Of a DNA stretch of 64,000 nt, positions 25,372 to 38,094 are shown piece after piece. Numbering within the stretch: position 1 is the stretch's first letter; every line of letters begins with the position of its first letter. The notes beneath the pieces were generated by a model. That model made no database searches. It was given only the letters and a program-made list of their open reading frames with translations, and was not told the origin of the DNA. Source of the stretch: Eledone cirrhosa (taxonomy: Eukaryota). The stretch is taken from NCBI GenBank assembly GCA_964016885.1, contig OZ024741.1:279744001-279808000 (forward strand). The letters are read 5' to 3'. The position numbers were made by a program, and so were the translations under genes.

Positions 25372-25491
25372 CCCACTACCTAGTATTATACATATGTGTG
25401 TGTGTGTATGTGTCTGTATGCAGGATATCCGTAGCTAAAAGTTCAAGGAAATTTGCTCAATCTATTACAAGAGAGCTTATTTAGTATATTT

Positions 25492-25934
25492 AAAATTTCA
25501 TATACTTAATATGAATGTGCAACCTTAGGTTTTGGAGTCCAGTTATGGCCACCACTGTATAGTGGAGGAACCGTTTCAAAACTGAGTGCTCATCAAGTGC
25601 CAGGATTAAGATTACGAAAAACTGGCACCCAATGAGAGGCCAGTTTTGAAACGGCTCCTCCACTATACAGTGGTGGTCATAATTGGACCCCAAAGCTTAA
25701 GATCATGCATACATATTAACCCTTTAATGTTCAAACTGGCCAGAATTCTCTACCTCTTTCTGTTGAAACTGGCTGTAACTGGTCGCTCAAACTGATTTTA
25801 AGGTATTGTTCTCAAAATAAATACTTTCAAAATCTCATAGATTCGATATTATGTGAGGTAAAGCCTTTACCATGAAAATACAATAATATATATAGAGTAA
25901 TGTGAATGCTAAAGGGTTAAGTGTATGAAGTTTT
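25492..25934. mobile_element. Foldback MITE with a piggyBac-like MITE (25720-25916) nested in the TTAA of its right arm
   Basis: Long inverted arms (ccaccactgtatagtggagg..ccgtttcaaaactg / cagttttgaaacgg..cctccactatacagtggtgg). Right arm resumes (gtgtatgaagtttt) after the duplicated TTAA at 25716-19 and 25917-20. Confidence 0.8.
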
Positions 25935-26215
25935 GATTATACTATATATATATACACACACATCTTCAAAATAGGGGGTGCACAGGACACACACACATAT
26001 ATATTGAGTATGCTTTGCACCTCATATTGATTTTTCTTGTACCTTAGATTTTATAATTCATTCTTAGTAAAAGAAAAAAGAGAAGAAAAAAATCATGAAT
26101 CAAGATGGTTTCAGTCTCACACAATCATGGGCAAGAAGGGCCTTCATTTTTTTTTTGTCTAAGCGGAAAACAGCTCTTACTTAATGTGTTAGTGTATGTA
26201 TGTATGTATGCATAC

Positions 26216-26272
<57 letters not shown>

Positions 26273-27779
26273 TAAGACATAAAGAATCAGTGCTTAACTG
26301 ATAAGTTAGTTTCTCCTTGGATGGAAGACTGATCTGTAGAAAATAAGACTCTAATGTGATCTGGTTCTTAACTCAGATAACTTGAATTGAGACAAAGTAG
26401 AATAAAATACTACCACATGACAGAGTCATGATCTTATTTACGTTTCATCAACTATATATTACACACACAGACACGCATATATACAGGCTAACACTCAGGA
26501 CTACTTGGATAATTCTAATTCTAAATCCAACCCTAATTTTAATTCTAACATTAACTTTCACACACTACTCTTTCTAAACCTTATCCTTCACCTAAATGAA
26601 CAATAAGCACAAAATGTATACTGTTTTTAAACAAGTTTTATCTCGTTTATAGTATTTTATCTTATTCTAGCTTCTCCCTCTCAGTCCCCTATAGCTTACA
26701 CGTTTTACCTTGACCTGAACCACATGCACTAAAAAAAAACTACACAACCCACTATACATACAAATACTTTGCTTGAGATACAACAATGCATTATATACAC
26801 TGTCTCTAAGAAATACAAGCGCTATTTGATAAGGTATTTAATCCTTCAAAAGATTACCCCACCAGAGTTACTAACATTCTTGATGGGCTAGCGGGGAGAG
26901 GGAGGGGTTGCAACAGGCTTACACATATTCCTGTACTCTATAGAATGTACTGGGTCAATTTTATTGTGGCACAAACACTAGAGATAGATAGATAAGTTGT
27001 AGTTTTTATATAAGCATGAAACTTAGATTTTGGTTTTAGAAAAAAAATTGTTATATCCATGCCTTTCCCAAGGACATTTGCAATGTAACTGAACAAAAGA
27101 TCACAATTTGAAAGTTATCCCAAATTATGTTCACTGAGAAGGATAAGCTTACGTCTATTTTATAGCTACTGCCAACATATTAAAAATGCTGGGAAAGGAA
27201 AAGAAAAGATAATGGCTCCACTCCAAATAAAGTTTTAAGAGTTAGGGGAAAGAAAAAAAAAATTGATGCTATAGGTTGAAATTTGGCAGAGTGGTTTAAG
27301 GCCATTGAACTGGAGGTTTCATACTTTGGAATTAAAATACTAACATGGTTAATATAGCCTTGCATCTCTTAAAAAACCAATAAAATTATGTATTAGATTA
27401 TATAAAGTTTGAGATAGATATAGTGACCACTATTCATCTTTAGGTATTTAGTAGTTGTTGTTAGGCTCCAGATCAGCTCTGATTGAGCAAACCTTTCATT
27501 AAAAGTATTCTAGCCATTAATATGCCACATATTGTTTTGTTTCAGATATTGTAGTGTATTCAAGACTATATAAACCAATGTGTCCTCCCTTATATAAGAC
27601 AATGTGATTTTATGATTTAGTGAGTTTTGGCTGCTATTTCTAGCAAGTTGAATGACTGCACAGACATTCCCTTGTTGGTCTGTGTATATTTTGCTATTGG
27701 AAAGTAGTTAGGTCATCTTTTGAGTAGCTTGTTGATCTACATTGATTACTGTTGGTCTCGAGAAGCTGAATATAAATTA

Positions 27780-28040
27780 AAATAATAAAAATTATAACAT
27801 ACAAGTTGATCTTAAGATTGTTAACCTATTTCTACTATATAGGGTGACACAATTAAGCTACAGTAAATTATAACATACAAATTGATCTTAAGATTCTTAA
27901 CGTATACCTGCTATATAGGGTGACTCGTAATTAAACTACAATAAATAATAACATACAAATTGATCTTATGACTCTCAATTAAACTACAGTAAATTATAAC
28001 ATACAAGTTGATCTTAAGATTCTTAATCTATTCCTACTGG
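27780..28040. repeat. Tandem repeat, ~50-80 bp unit, ~4 copies
   Basis: Recurring aaattataacatacaa(g/a)ttgatcttaagattcttaa. Confidence 0.8.
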
Positions 28041-28194
28041 ACTCTCAAACATACAACAGGGTCTACTGAGGTTGTTCTAGGTATGTTCCAACTGATGACT
28101 ATAATGTATGTATTGTATTAGTTCAGCTAAAAAATACCCAAGTAAACACTATTCATTGATAAGTATCGTAGGATGTTCTTAATTATTTATCACT

Positions 28195-28390
28195 GGTAGG
28201 GTAGTGGATGGATCGAGTTATTAGAGCGTCAGATATACTTAGCAGTGTTTGTTCTGAGTTCAAATCCAGCCAAGGTCAACTTTGCCTTCATCCTTCTGAG
28301 GCTGATAAAATAAATTACTAGTCAAATACTAGGGGGTCAATAACTTTCCACTCCTCCTAAATTACTGGCTTTGTGCCTAAATTAGAAGTC
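28195..28390 (+). mobile_element. Family-A SINE
   Basis: B-box gagttcaaatcc, core and tail. Confidence 0.8.
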
Positions 28391-28622
28391 ATTATTATGT
28401 CATAAATCCACCAAAATCAAGCTTTAAACACAAATATTTGTAGTAACTTGTTGGATTTACAGAATGGGGTGATAAAATTTGCTGTTTATACCCTGTCTAT
28501 AAGTTGAATCCTAGTTTTGGAGAGACTTTCTCAGTTTTAAAAATGTCAACTTGTATCCAAATCTAAATTTCATTTGGTTATACTCGAAGATAAAAACCAT
28601 ATCCAATATTTCTTTGAATATA

Positions 28623-28897
28623 CAGTGGAACCTCAGTTCAGAAATGCATCTTATCATGAACAATTTTTCCAAACATAAAATGTCAAAAGTAACGAACATG
28701 CAAACCAGCAACAATGGTTGGCAAAAAGCTTGGAGTATTGGCAGGAAAGTGTTACTTGCTGTGTAGTTAGTTACTATGGTGCTAGATATCTGTGTTTCAC
28801 ACACAGTCTCTCTCTCAACATTTCATATGGGAAAAATACATTTGATTTACAAGCAGCCTTCAGGAACAAATTAAGTTCGTGAACCGAGGTTCTACTG
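28623..28897. mobile_element. Tigger/pogo-like MITE
   Basis: TA-cagtggaacctcagttca ... tgaaccgaggttctactg-TA terminal inverted repeats with TA duplication. Confidence 0.75.
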
Positions 28898-29731
28898 TAT
28901 TTGGAATATAGGCGTTTCTCTGACTAACTTCAAAAGGAAATACATAAAAATATTGTTAGTATTCTAGCTAAGAAATGTCTGCTCTTTTTGAAGAGAAGCA
29001 AGTCTTGCTTTGAAGGTGCTCTAAATGTAATTCTCTAGGATATTCAACATGACAGAATGTGTGACAAGACTGGTGGTTTGAATTACAAGTTCAGTCCATC
29101 TGATGGGCTTCCAAACAGTTTCTGTCTACCCAAGACTATGGTAAATGACACTTGCCGGAGATATTATACAGTGGGATTGAACCCAGGACCTAATGACTGT
29201 GAAGCAAACTTCTTAACCATTAGATCCTGATGAGTCCACAACAGAGAATAAACACCAAACACATCCACTATGCCTTTTAAATTTGAAACACTAATGATAA
29301 AAAAAAATTATCTTATAAAAAAAAATTATATATTTTTAGATGAAGCAATATTTTGACAGGATGAGAAGATAAAAAGGAATGATTAATGTGCATTTAATTA
29401 GCAAGACATTTCTAGTGTCTTAATGAAGGAGTTAATTCCTGAAAAATAGAATAGCAAATAGGGATAGAGTTATTGATATTATATATATTTGTTTTATTTT
29501 TTTAGGGCTTTTGTTTTATAATTTTATAATGTTGACACTGAAAGTAATGTTGCTGCTGCTATTGTTGCTACTATTGCATTCACTGTGAAATTTGGTGAAA
29601 TAAAATAGGGAGTAAAACGCAAGCAAACAACAAAGTAAAGATTTTAAAAAAAGTAGAGAGACTTTAGAATAGTGATAGTACATGAAGTTAAAATCCAGGG
29701 ATATCAGGCAATAGGACTTAGAAAACTGTGC

Positions 29732-29842
29732 CTAATGTCTCCAAGCGCGGCTATAGTCAGAGGAAGACCAGGAATAGCGGTGGCGGGGCAGGGAACCTGT
29801 CCCACTGTAGCCAGGGTAACCCAGATAAGAGGAGCTTCGAAC
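29732..29842 (-). CDS. Host gene alternative terminal exon, VRSSSYLGYPGYSGTGSLPRHRYSWSSSDYSRAWRH*
   Basis: Strong acceptor ttgctcttctctgcag|GTT, phase 0, GC-rich island. GSLPR echoes GTLPR of the distal exon. TAG at 29734-29732. Confidence 0.7.
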   Translation of the reverse strand, partial: VRSSSYLGYPGYSGTGSLPRHRYSWSSSDYSRAWRH

Positions 29843-30002
29843 CTGCAGAGAAGAGCAATAAATTTTATTATACACATGAACCAACAACTAGCTAGTTCCA
29901 TTACCGCTATTTTAAATAAGAGTAAGGATGGGATAGTTATGGCAACACACCAGGAACATTTATTTCAGACATTAAGCCATCCAGGTTTAAAACACACGAC
30001 AG

Positions 30003-30033
<31 letters not shown>

Positions 30034-30524
30034 CAAGCACACTCACACACTATAATTAGTTAGCATTTATAAATTGAGGACCAAGTTTTAAAAGCAGCTT
30101 GACACGCTGTCATTCATTCCAGAGCTTAAACCATGTTTGGCTCACATACATACACACACACACTCATTCACTATATTTAGTTTGCATTTCACAATTAAGT
30201 TTTTAAGGCAATGTTTAAAAAATAATAGGAATACACAAAAATTACAACAATTCTTCATTCTCTGAGCTGATCACCAAAAGGATTTTATTCAGAAAGTGAT
30301 TTTATAAAATTCAGGAATAAACTATGAACGAGATATCTTTCAGTGCAAATTAATCCTATCCTATAGGAATAAAATAAATTACTAAAAAATCAATTTTATT
30401 AAAGGTCATGTCACATGTGCCCTTTTTTCTTTGCTGATTTTATTTTTTTTGTCATGCTAGAGAAATGAAGAAGGAGAAAGCAGTGACCGTACTGAGAGAG
30501 GTGGCAGAAAGAGAAAGAAATTAT

Positions 30525-30692
30525 AATTGTTTCTACTTTTGGCACAAGACCAGCAATTAACCAGTACATTACTGGTACTTTATTTTATCGACCCTGTAAG
30601 GATGAAAGGCAAAGTTAACCTCGGCGGGATTTGAACTCAGACCATAACTGTGCTGCAAAGCATAGCGTCCGACCCTCTACCGATACTGCCAA
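30525..30692 (-). mobile_element. Young family-A SINE
   Basis: Near-identical to 53326-53515; flanked by an aaattataat direct repeat. Confidence 0.85.
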
Positions 30693-31096
30693 ATTATAAT
30701 AGAGGTAGATTAGACAGATAAATATATGAGGAGAGAGAAAGAAAGCTAACAAGGAAGATAAGCAGTCAAATATGAGGGGGGATGGAAGAAAGTGGAAAAG
30801 AGATGGTGCAAGTAAAATAGGTGAAAAGAATAAACACAGAGCTTTACAATAGAGAGAAGGAATTTGAAAGGTAATGTGATAAAATAACAGAGACATAGAG
30901 AGTGAGCAAATCATAGCATGAATGGTGTGTGTGTATATATATATATAAACACACTATTCCTCTTTTTACTCTCCTCTATCTTTCTATTTCTTCTTTTATT
31001 TTTTATTCTATCTTCTGATGAAGGATATATATATATATACATATATAAACTAATAGTAGAGAGGAAAAAGATTTTTTCAGTAGAAAATGCTGAAGA

Positions 31097-31560
31097 GATT
31101 CTTTCAGTATAAAATCAAAACATTTATTTATAAAGTGGATATTTCCGCATTTTATAATGGTACCAGTTTCAGCATTATATGCCTTTTCAACTGCGGGTAT
31201 GCATAATGTAGTTATGTTGCATATTTATACAAATAATAAAAAGGGGAAGAAAAATTATTAGTTTTTGCAACTAACAAAGAACGAAGGACAAACACGCACA
31301 GAGATATGAACTCTCCTCTCTAAATATGTATCATCATCATCATCATCATTTAACGTCCATCTTCCACGCTAGCATGGGTTTGGACGGGAATTTTCCCACT
31401 TGAGGATTGTAAAAACTAATAATTTTTCTTCCTCTTTTTAGTATTCCTATAAATATGCATATCCACAGTTGAAAAAGCATATAATGCTGAAACATTGTAC
31501 CATTATTAAATGTGGAAATATCCACTTTATAAATAAATGTTTTGATTTTATACTGAATCT
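31097..31560. repeat. Long imperfect inverted repeat (~165-bp arms) with an RTE-tail fragment in the loop
   Basis: ~31097-31270 is the reverse complement of ~31408-31560. A degenerate CTGAAGA hammerhead-like core abuts the left end. Confidence 0.8.
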
Positions 31561-31863
31561 TTTCCCTCTCCATTTGTTTTTATATATATATATCAACTCG
31601 TGTGTTACTTTTCTACATTCCATGCATGTATATATCAGTGTGGTTTACACTTGGTGGTAGGATCCGTACCATAGAGAGAACTCATTGTCTTTGCACTGGT
31701 ATTCATCCACTTAACAACCTTAAATGACATTTGTCCATAGGATTCCACTAATCTCCTTCCACGGCCAGTATCAATCTAAGGTGGCAATCTGGAACATGTA
31801 TTTATATGGTATGTCTATTTTTATATCTACCCTGTTTATATACTACCAATAAAGATTCCAACT

Positions 31864-31993
31864 TCATTGTTTTCGAAGAAGATGGCCTGATCGAACCTAT
31901 ATATGAGGTCTGATACTATACAGTTATATAACCGCTATAGATCAGACAATATGTCAATATGATCAACTCTCCGAAACGATCGTAAAACAATGA
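31864..31993 (+). ncRNA. Degenerate hammerhead-like motif with long stem II (Penelope-like terminal repeat)
   Basis: Stem I tcattgttt/aaacaatga, mutated core TCGAAGA, cc-GAAAC-gatc-GTA with palindromic stem III, internal hairpin 31907-31947. Confidence 0.45.
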
Positions 31994-32065
31994 TATGAAT
32001 TGGTAAAATAACTTGACTTTGTTTTTATTCTCATTGTTAATTTAATACTTAATATATATATATAA

Positions 32066-32385
32066 GGCATGCAACTTAGTGGTTAGGGTGTTTGGCTCAT
32101 GATCGTAAGGTCATGAGTTCAATTCCCTGACTGGGTGGTATATTGTGTCCTTGAACAAGATACTTTATTTCAAGTTGTTTCAGTCCACTCAGCTGGCAAA
32201 AATTAGTTGTACCAGTAATTCAAGGAGCCAGCCTCATCACATATTGTGTTGCACTGAGTCTCCCTGAGAACTATGTTAAGGATGTTTGTGTTTATGGAAT
32301 GCTCAGAAACTTACATGTTAAATTCGTGAGCAGACAGGCTTGTTGACTGAACCATTTGGAGCACTCTTCACCAGAAATGAAGGTG
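32066..32385 (+). mobile_element. Full-length family-C tRNA-derived SINE (minus-strand relatives ~40055-40295, ~10480-10580, ~28950-29095)
   Basis: A-box-like cttagtggttaggg, B-box gagttcaattccc, core ttgtgtccttgaacaagatactttatttca, body ctccctgagaactatgttaagg. Confidence 0.85.
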
Positions 32386-33224
32386 GATGGGGAGGTCAAC
32401 ATGTGTGTGTGTGTGTGTAGAGGGGGGGGAGAAAGTTATGTATATTATCAAAATTCATATAGTGGGAAATGAAGAGAAGTGGTGGAGGCTGATTTTGATA
32501 AAGAGAAAAAAAGAGAGGAGTTTGTGCGAATGATGAAGGAAATTAAGGAACTATGAGTGTGTAAAAGTAAAAAAGTGAAGAGATGGCATTACAACAGGTA
32601 ATTTATTGAAAGTCAGATAGAGAAAAAGCTTGACTTAGAAATGAGAAATACAGAATAAAAAGATTATCACATGAAACTAAGGCATGAATTAGAGAGAAGA
32701 TCTGCTACACAATGACAAGAAAAATCAGAAAAAGAAACAGAAGCAAAGCTCAAGGTGAAAAGGACAACTGAAAAGAGAGAAATAAACCTTGTTATTTTTG
32801 ACAGGTATACATCTGTTTTAATGTTACTTTGCTTAATTTTATCATTTTTCTAGCTTAGTAAATGTCAAAAATGGCAGGGATTATTTCTGTTTCATAAAAG
32901 ACATTCACTTAATCAGTAGAACCAGTAGCTGTATAATCTAATTTATTCATTAAAAAAAAAAAAAAAATCTACTTGACTACAGAGTCAACTTCTTCAATGA
33001 CTTCAAAATCAGAAATTGATAGCAGGATCCCATATTGCTATGCTTGCTCACCACTTGATTCACAGCTTAAATGTAAACCTTAAAAATTTGGAAATGGTTA
33101 TCAATACCAGATAACAGTCCAATTCATAAATGGAGCTGTCCAAGACTAGTTCTAGGCTACTAAGTTCTCAGAGTTTTATAACAACAATAGATGTAAAACC
33201 TGCTCTGACTGAATTTTTAGATTT

Positions 33225-33440
33225 TGATTTGTAATTTAGACACAAGACTAGCAAAATTTGGGACATGGCAAAGTTGATTAAATTAATCCCAGTACTAGAC
33301 TGGTACTTTATTTTATCAACCTTAGGAGGATGAAAGGCAAAGTTGATCTCAGAATGATTTAAATTCAGCATGTAAAGAACCAGAAAAAATACTGCAATGG
33401 TATTTTATCTGATGTTTTATCAATTCTGCCAAGCTACCAG
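33225..33440 (-). mobile_element. Family-A SINE
   Basis: Reverse-complement core and tail. Confidence 0.8.
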
Positions 33441-35007
33441 TCCTGAATTTTTACATATTAAAAGGGAGAATATTTTTAAGCAGATGATCAGCTCAGTAAA
33501 AAACAACACCAACAACAATAATGATAAGAAGAATATAAGCAAAAATTTAGAGTACTTTCTGAAGGTTTATTACTAATGCATGTATGTTGAGTCATAATGG
33601 CTATGAAGGTAATTACTAAATATATAGAGAATGACATCAAATATATACATTTCCCATTTTAATACTGGCTAAAAATTAGACACCACTTCCTTTTTCACAG
33701 TTGAGCAATTAAAGGAAGAAGGAGCATCCAACCATAAAACACCTACTTCATTATATGCCAATATTCAAATTCACACAAGCCCTTTCAACTCTGCTACAAT
33801 GGAGAAACAAAAAAAAAACATTGACATTACAAAACACTTTTTCTCCATATTACAAATAAATACTGGATAAAGTGTTTCATAGAAGGATGCTCATCCTGAT
33901 TCTAACCACTTAATCATGAAGTGGAAGATTTTATTTTCAGACTAAGGGAGATAGTAAAATCTACTTGCTTTCAATTTTAGCTCCTCAGCATCCTGTCTAC
34001 ATTTGTAACAATTTTCATCATTATCATCATCATCATCATCATTTAACCTTCTGTGCTAGCAAGTCGTCAGAAGATCAGGTTCATACTCAAGCATAGGTAC
34101 TGATCACAAAGATGGGCAGAGTGCCTGCATCTTATTTACATATGTTCTTGCATTTAATCAAGTGTACAGACGGGCGAGTGATTTGCAGCTCACATATGAT
34201 CTTGCACACTACCGAGTACATTTTATCATGACATCAGTACTAGGGAGGTGGTCATGTCTTTGACACAGCTGAAGAGTCCTCCCACTCCTTAGTTTGGCAG
34301 GTTTTCAACAGCTGGATACCCTTCCTATCACTAACCACTTTACAGAGTGTAGTGGGTATGTTTATCATCTAAATCACCAACGCTAAATGTTATCTCTCTT
34401 AAATTACAAAACTTATTAATATTATTTATTATTATCTTTTAAGATATTTCAATTAGACATAAAAAAGATCTTAGCACTAGAAGACATCAAATGACACTAA
34501 ATTATCAATAGTTTGGTTCTTAACATCAAAACAATCTTTTGCTACATTCTTACTTGTTTTTTTGACAAATACTTTGGGAAAATGTTCTTTGAGTAATTGA
34601 ATATATATATAAAATATGTGTGTGTGAGTGTGTAACCCTTAACACATAGTAAATCCCTTCAGAAGGTATCTAGAGAGTAAATGCTGGGCATTTTTATAAC
34701 ATCTGGAAAGTTAAGACGGCAAGCAATTACTTTTTCTGGCAAACTGATTGAAAGAAAGATTATATGCTTAATTAAAAAAGAAAATGCAAGTGATATCAAA
34801 AACAAGCAATACATTGAAATTATAACCAGTGACAAAAAATTAATATTTAAAATGCAATGCAACATTTCATTTAACTGTATATATATATACAGCGAGAGAG
34901 AGAGAGAGAGATTGAGAGAGAAAGAGAATGCTTTTTTTAGTTGTGTATAATTTACACATTTCATGCAGCAGAATATTCTTTGCTTCTTTGGTTTTTCATC
35001 AATCAGA

Positions 35008-35028
35008 GTATATATATATATATATATA

Positions 35029-35112
<84 letters not shown>
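35008..35112. repeat. (TA)n(GT)n microsatellite
   Basis: Direct inspection. Confidence 0.97.
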
Positions 35113-35114
<2 letters not shown>

Positions 35115-35588
35115 GAGAGCAGCAAATGCTTTTTTCTTAGTGTGAAAAAAATATAAATTTTCAAGCAAATAGGAAGGGAATATATATTCATAAATACATG
35201 TAAAAATAATAAAGCAAAAACAACATTTTATATACATATCAGTAAGAAATGATAATAAAAAAGTTACTTTCAACACACACACACACACAGTTTCTTAGTG
35301 ATTTGTTATGGAAATTTTAAGTTAGAATTCTACTTTAGGCAGGTATCCAAAATAAAGACTTTTTTGAGAGCTTAGTAAATAACGCAACTGAATATCTTGT
35401 GGCATATATGCACATTGCACATCTAAAAGTATGGCATAAAGTTTGTTGGTTCCTTATATAGGATGAGAATTGCATGCAACTTTGGACAACACCATTTGAA
35501 GCCAAGGGGGAAAAAATGATTGATTATGAAAACAAAGGAAATAAATTTAATGCAATAAAATGTAAAAATGTATATGGTATAAATGAAG

Positions 35589-35768
35589 TCAACATATTGG
35601 ATGAGAAGTAGATCCGTTTGAAAACCAAACTAATTTAATATTCAAAGTTGGTTTGAATGTAGAAAACATAGTATCTTTGAAGAGAGAAGTAACATCCTCC
35701 AGCTTTTGTTTCTTATCAATGTTTTCAATTGTTGTTGCTGCCTCTCCCAACTCTTTCACTATTTTAAG
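35589..35768 (-). CDS. Candidate alternative terminal exon, LKIVKELGEAATTIENIDKKQKLEDVTSLFKDTMFSTFKPTLNIKLVWFSNGSTSHPIC*
   Basis: ctgtag|CTT acceptor in phase 0 followed by 59 open codons with protein-like composition. Polypyrimidine tract is weak. Confidence 0.5.
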   Translation of the reverse strand, partial: LKIVKELGEAATTIENIDKKQKLEDVTSLFKDTMFSTFKPTLNIKLVWFSNGSTSHPIC

Positions 35769-36519
35769 CTACAGTACTGAGATACTATTAAACTCAACGT
35801 ACATTAATATATTGAATAAACAGCACACCAGAAATTCCAAACAAACTGACTAGATGTAATTTTACCAGTATGTATGTTAAGAATATATATATAAGAGAGA
35901 GTAAAGGGTTCTATGGCAGTATTACTGAATCATGTTATCTAATATAGAATGTCATGTCTGTTTTGACATGTTCTCTATTAACATATAACAAATCAATTAT
36001 AATGTGCACAATTCTAAGACAGTTTTTAAATGTATATATCAAAATTAGAATTTTGCTTATCATTTAGAAAAATTCTTCTAAATATTTGACATAAATTAGA
36101 CAAAATGGGAGAAAAGGTTCAAATTTTATAATAAATATAAAGAAAATTGAAAATTTACAAATGTAAAATCACAGCATGTTTCAGTAGATATTTTATGCTG
36201 TCTAAATGTTATGCTTGGATAGTATATCATCTGTGCACCAGATAAAACAATCCTGTCAAATAATTTATTGGGTGGGGAGGGAGAGCTGTTCTCTATGCTA
36301 AACTTTAAAAAACCCAGTGGCTATATAAAGGGGCTCTCTATGTTAGACTAGACTTCAAAAAACCCAATGACTACAAAAAACGGTTCTATGTTAGACTTTA
36401 AAAAATCCTGTGGTTATTTTTTGAGGCTTTACCCTGTTCTTGCTTCTTCACCTTTTTTTTTTTTATTTTGATCTATTAACACTGTTCACAGATGATTTAA
36501 TGTTATTCCCTTAGTAAAG

Positions 36520-36800
36520 CCTATGAGACCCAGGGCATTATAGACGTGAGCAGGAGAACCATGAAAAATAATGTGAAAGCAACAAAGAGGGTATCTGGAT
36601 GGTTCAGGCTGAAACGGATGCAGGCTCACACTTGATCAACTTCAGTCGGGTCAGCAGAATGAGGGTCTATATTGTAAGAACTGAATCAGGCTACAACACA
36701 GTATTTGCATCCATTGTTGGGTCACCTGGATAAGGTGTATGTTGTCAGACTCGAAACACCCAGCGACTCAAGGATACGACACTGATGATGTGTCCAAGTA
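36520..36800 (+). mobile_element. 3' end of a HERO/NeSL-like RLE non-LTR retrotransposon
   Basis: Peptide AYETQGIIDVSRRTMKNNVKATKRVSGWFRLKR resembles HERO-type C-termini as I recall them; 3' motif cgaaacaccc..cactgatgatgtgtcc. Confidence 0.55.
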
Positions 36801-37840
36801 TTTGCATTTGTAGATGTATGAAGAAGTTGATATTTAAAAATCCAAATAAGAAGCATTTTGTGGTATCATTTTCATAAAAGTAAACTTGAAACTTTATTTT
36901 GGAAAAATGGATTAATAATTCAAAATGAACTTGAAGTTTGAATTACGTTCTTCCCTATTTTTCAGCTAAGTGAACGTTACACATCTAACAGACCCTACTC
37001 AATTAAATTCCTTCAAATCCTAGCACTACCACTATATTTAAACCCCATACTTTACTGCTGTAGAGAATTACATTTCTTCCTGCACGAACACACATGTACA
37101 TGTATTCGATTAGGCACCATATCCCTGTGTGCCATAAGAAGTGACAAAAAAAGAATGGTGTCAGGAAGGGCAGCCAGCTGTAAGACAATGTCCCCAAAAG
37201 CCTCAGCCAAACCAAGTCAGTATGGACAAATTGACGTAAAAACAATAGGTATTATAATATGTGTGTGAGAGAGAGAGAGAGAGAATCTGTGGTACAGAAA
37301 CCGGGAAGACCACAAATCAGAGTAGTACTCGATACATGGTATGATGCAGAGTGGGTATATTAGTGAGGTGGAGGATCGGCTGCGAGCTCAGGCAGTTTCA
37401 GCTAGTAGCCTCTTTCTATCTCTCTTTCTCTCTTTATATATACACACACACACGCATATGTGTGTATATGCTAACACAAGCAGTATTTTTATAACTTAGC
37501 TCTACCTTCATTCCCACCCCCACTCTGTGAACCTCAGCTATTGTTATCAGTAGTAACATTTGCTACACTATGACACACTATGTCAACCATGAAATAATAT
37601 TTCCACTGACTCTTTCTGTTCTTAGCTACTTCAATACAGCTGATGTATAGAACAATCTACTTCCTTGTTCATATTTTCTGTAGTTCTTCTTTCTACTCAT
37701 TACTTTCATCTTGCAGATTTTAATGAATGGTAAATGTAGAGCCATACAAATTGATATTGAAAATACACATACATGCATACACACGAAAAGAGAGTTCTAT
37801 AATTTAATATGGTGCTTTATTTTAAGGCTGGATGTGTGTT

Positions 37841-37952
37841 TGAGAGAGAGAGAGAGAGAGAGAGGGATAGAGAGAGAGAGAGGGAGAGAGAGAGAGGGAG
37901 AGAGAGAGAGAGAGGGAGAGAGAGAGAGAGAGAGAGAGAGTGTGCGTGTGTG
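37841..37952. repeat. (GA)n compound microsatellite
   Basis: Direct inspection. Confidence 0.95.
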
Positions 37953-38094
37953 AATATATATATATAAATAATTTGGTGCAAAACTACTTTCACAGTCAGA
38001 AACATTTCTAGATGCTAACCACTCAACTATGAAAGGAGAATAGAATTCTTGGTACCACACTATAACTCATTGTTCCACACCCTTACTTTATAGG

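Noticed and set aside
32066-32130. tRNA genes here and at other SINE heads
   Set aside because: A/B boxes are present but there is no complete cloverleaf, and each continues into a SINE body.
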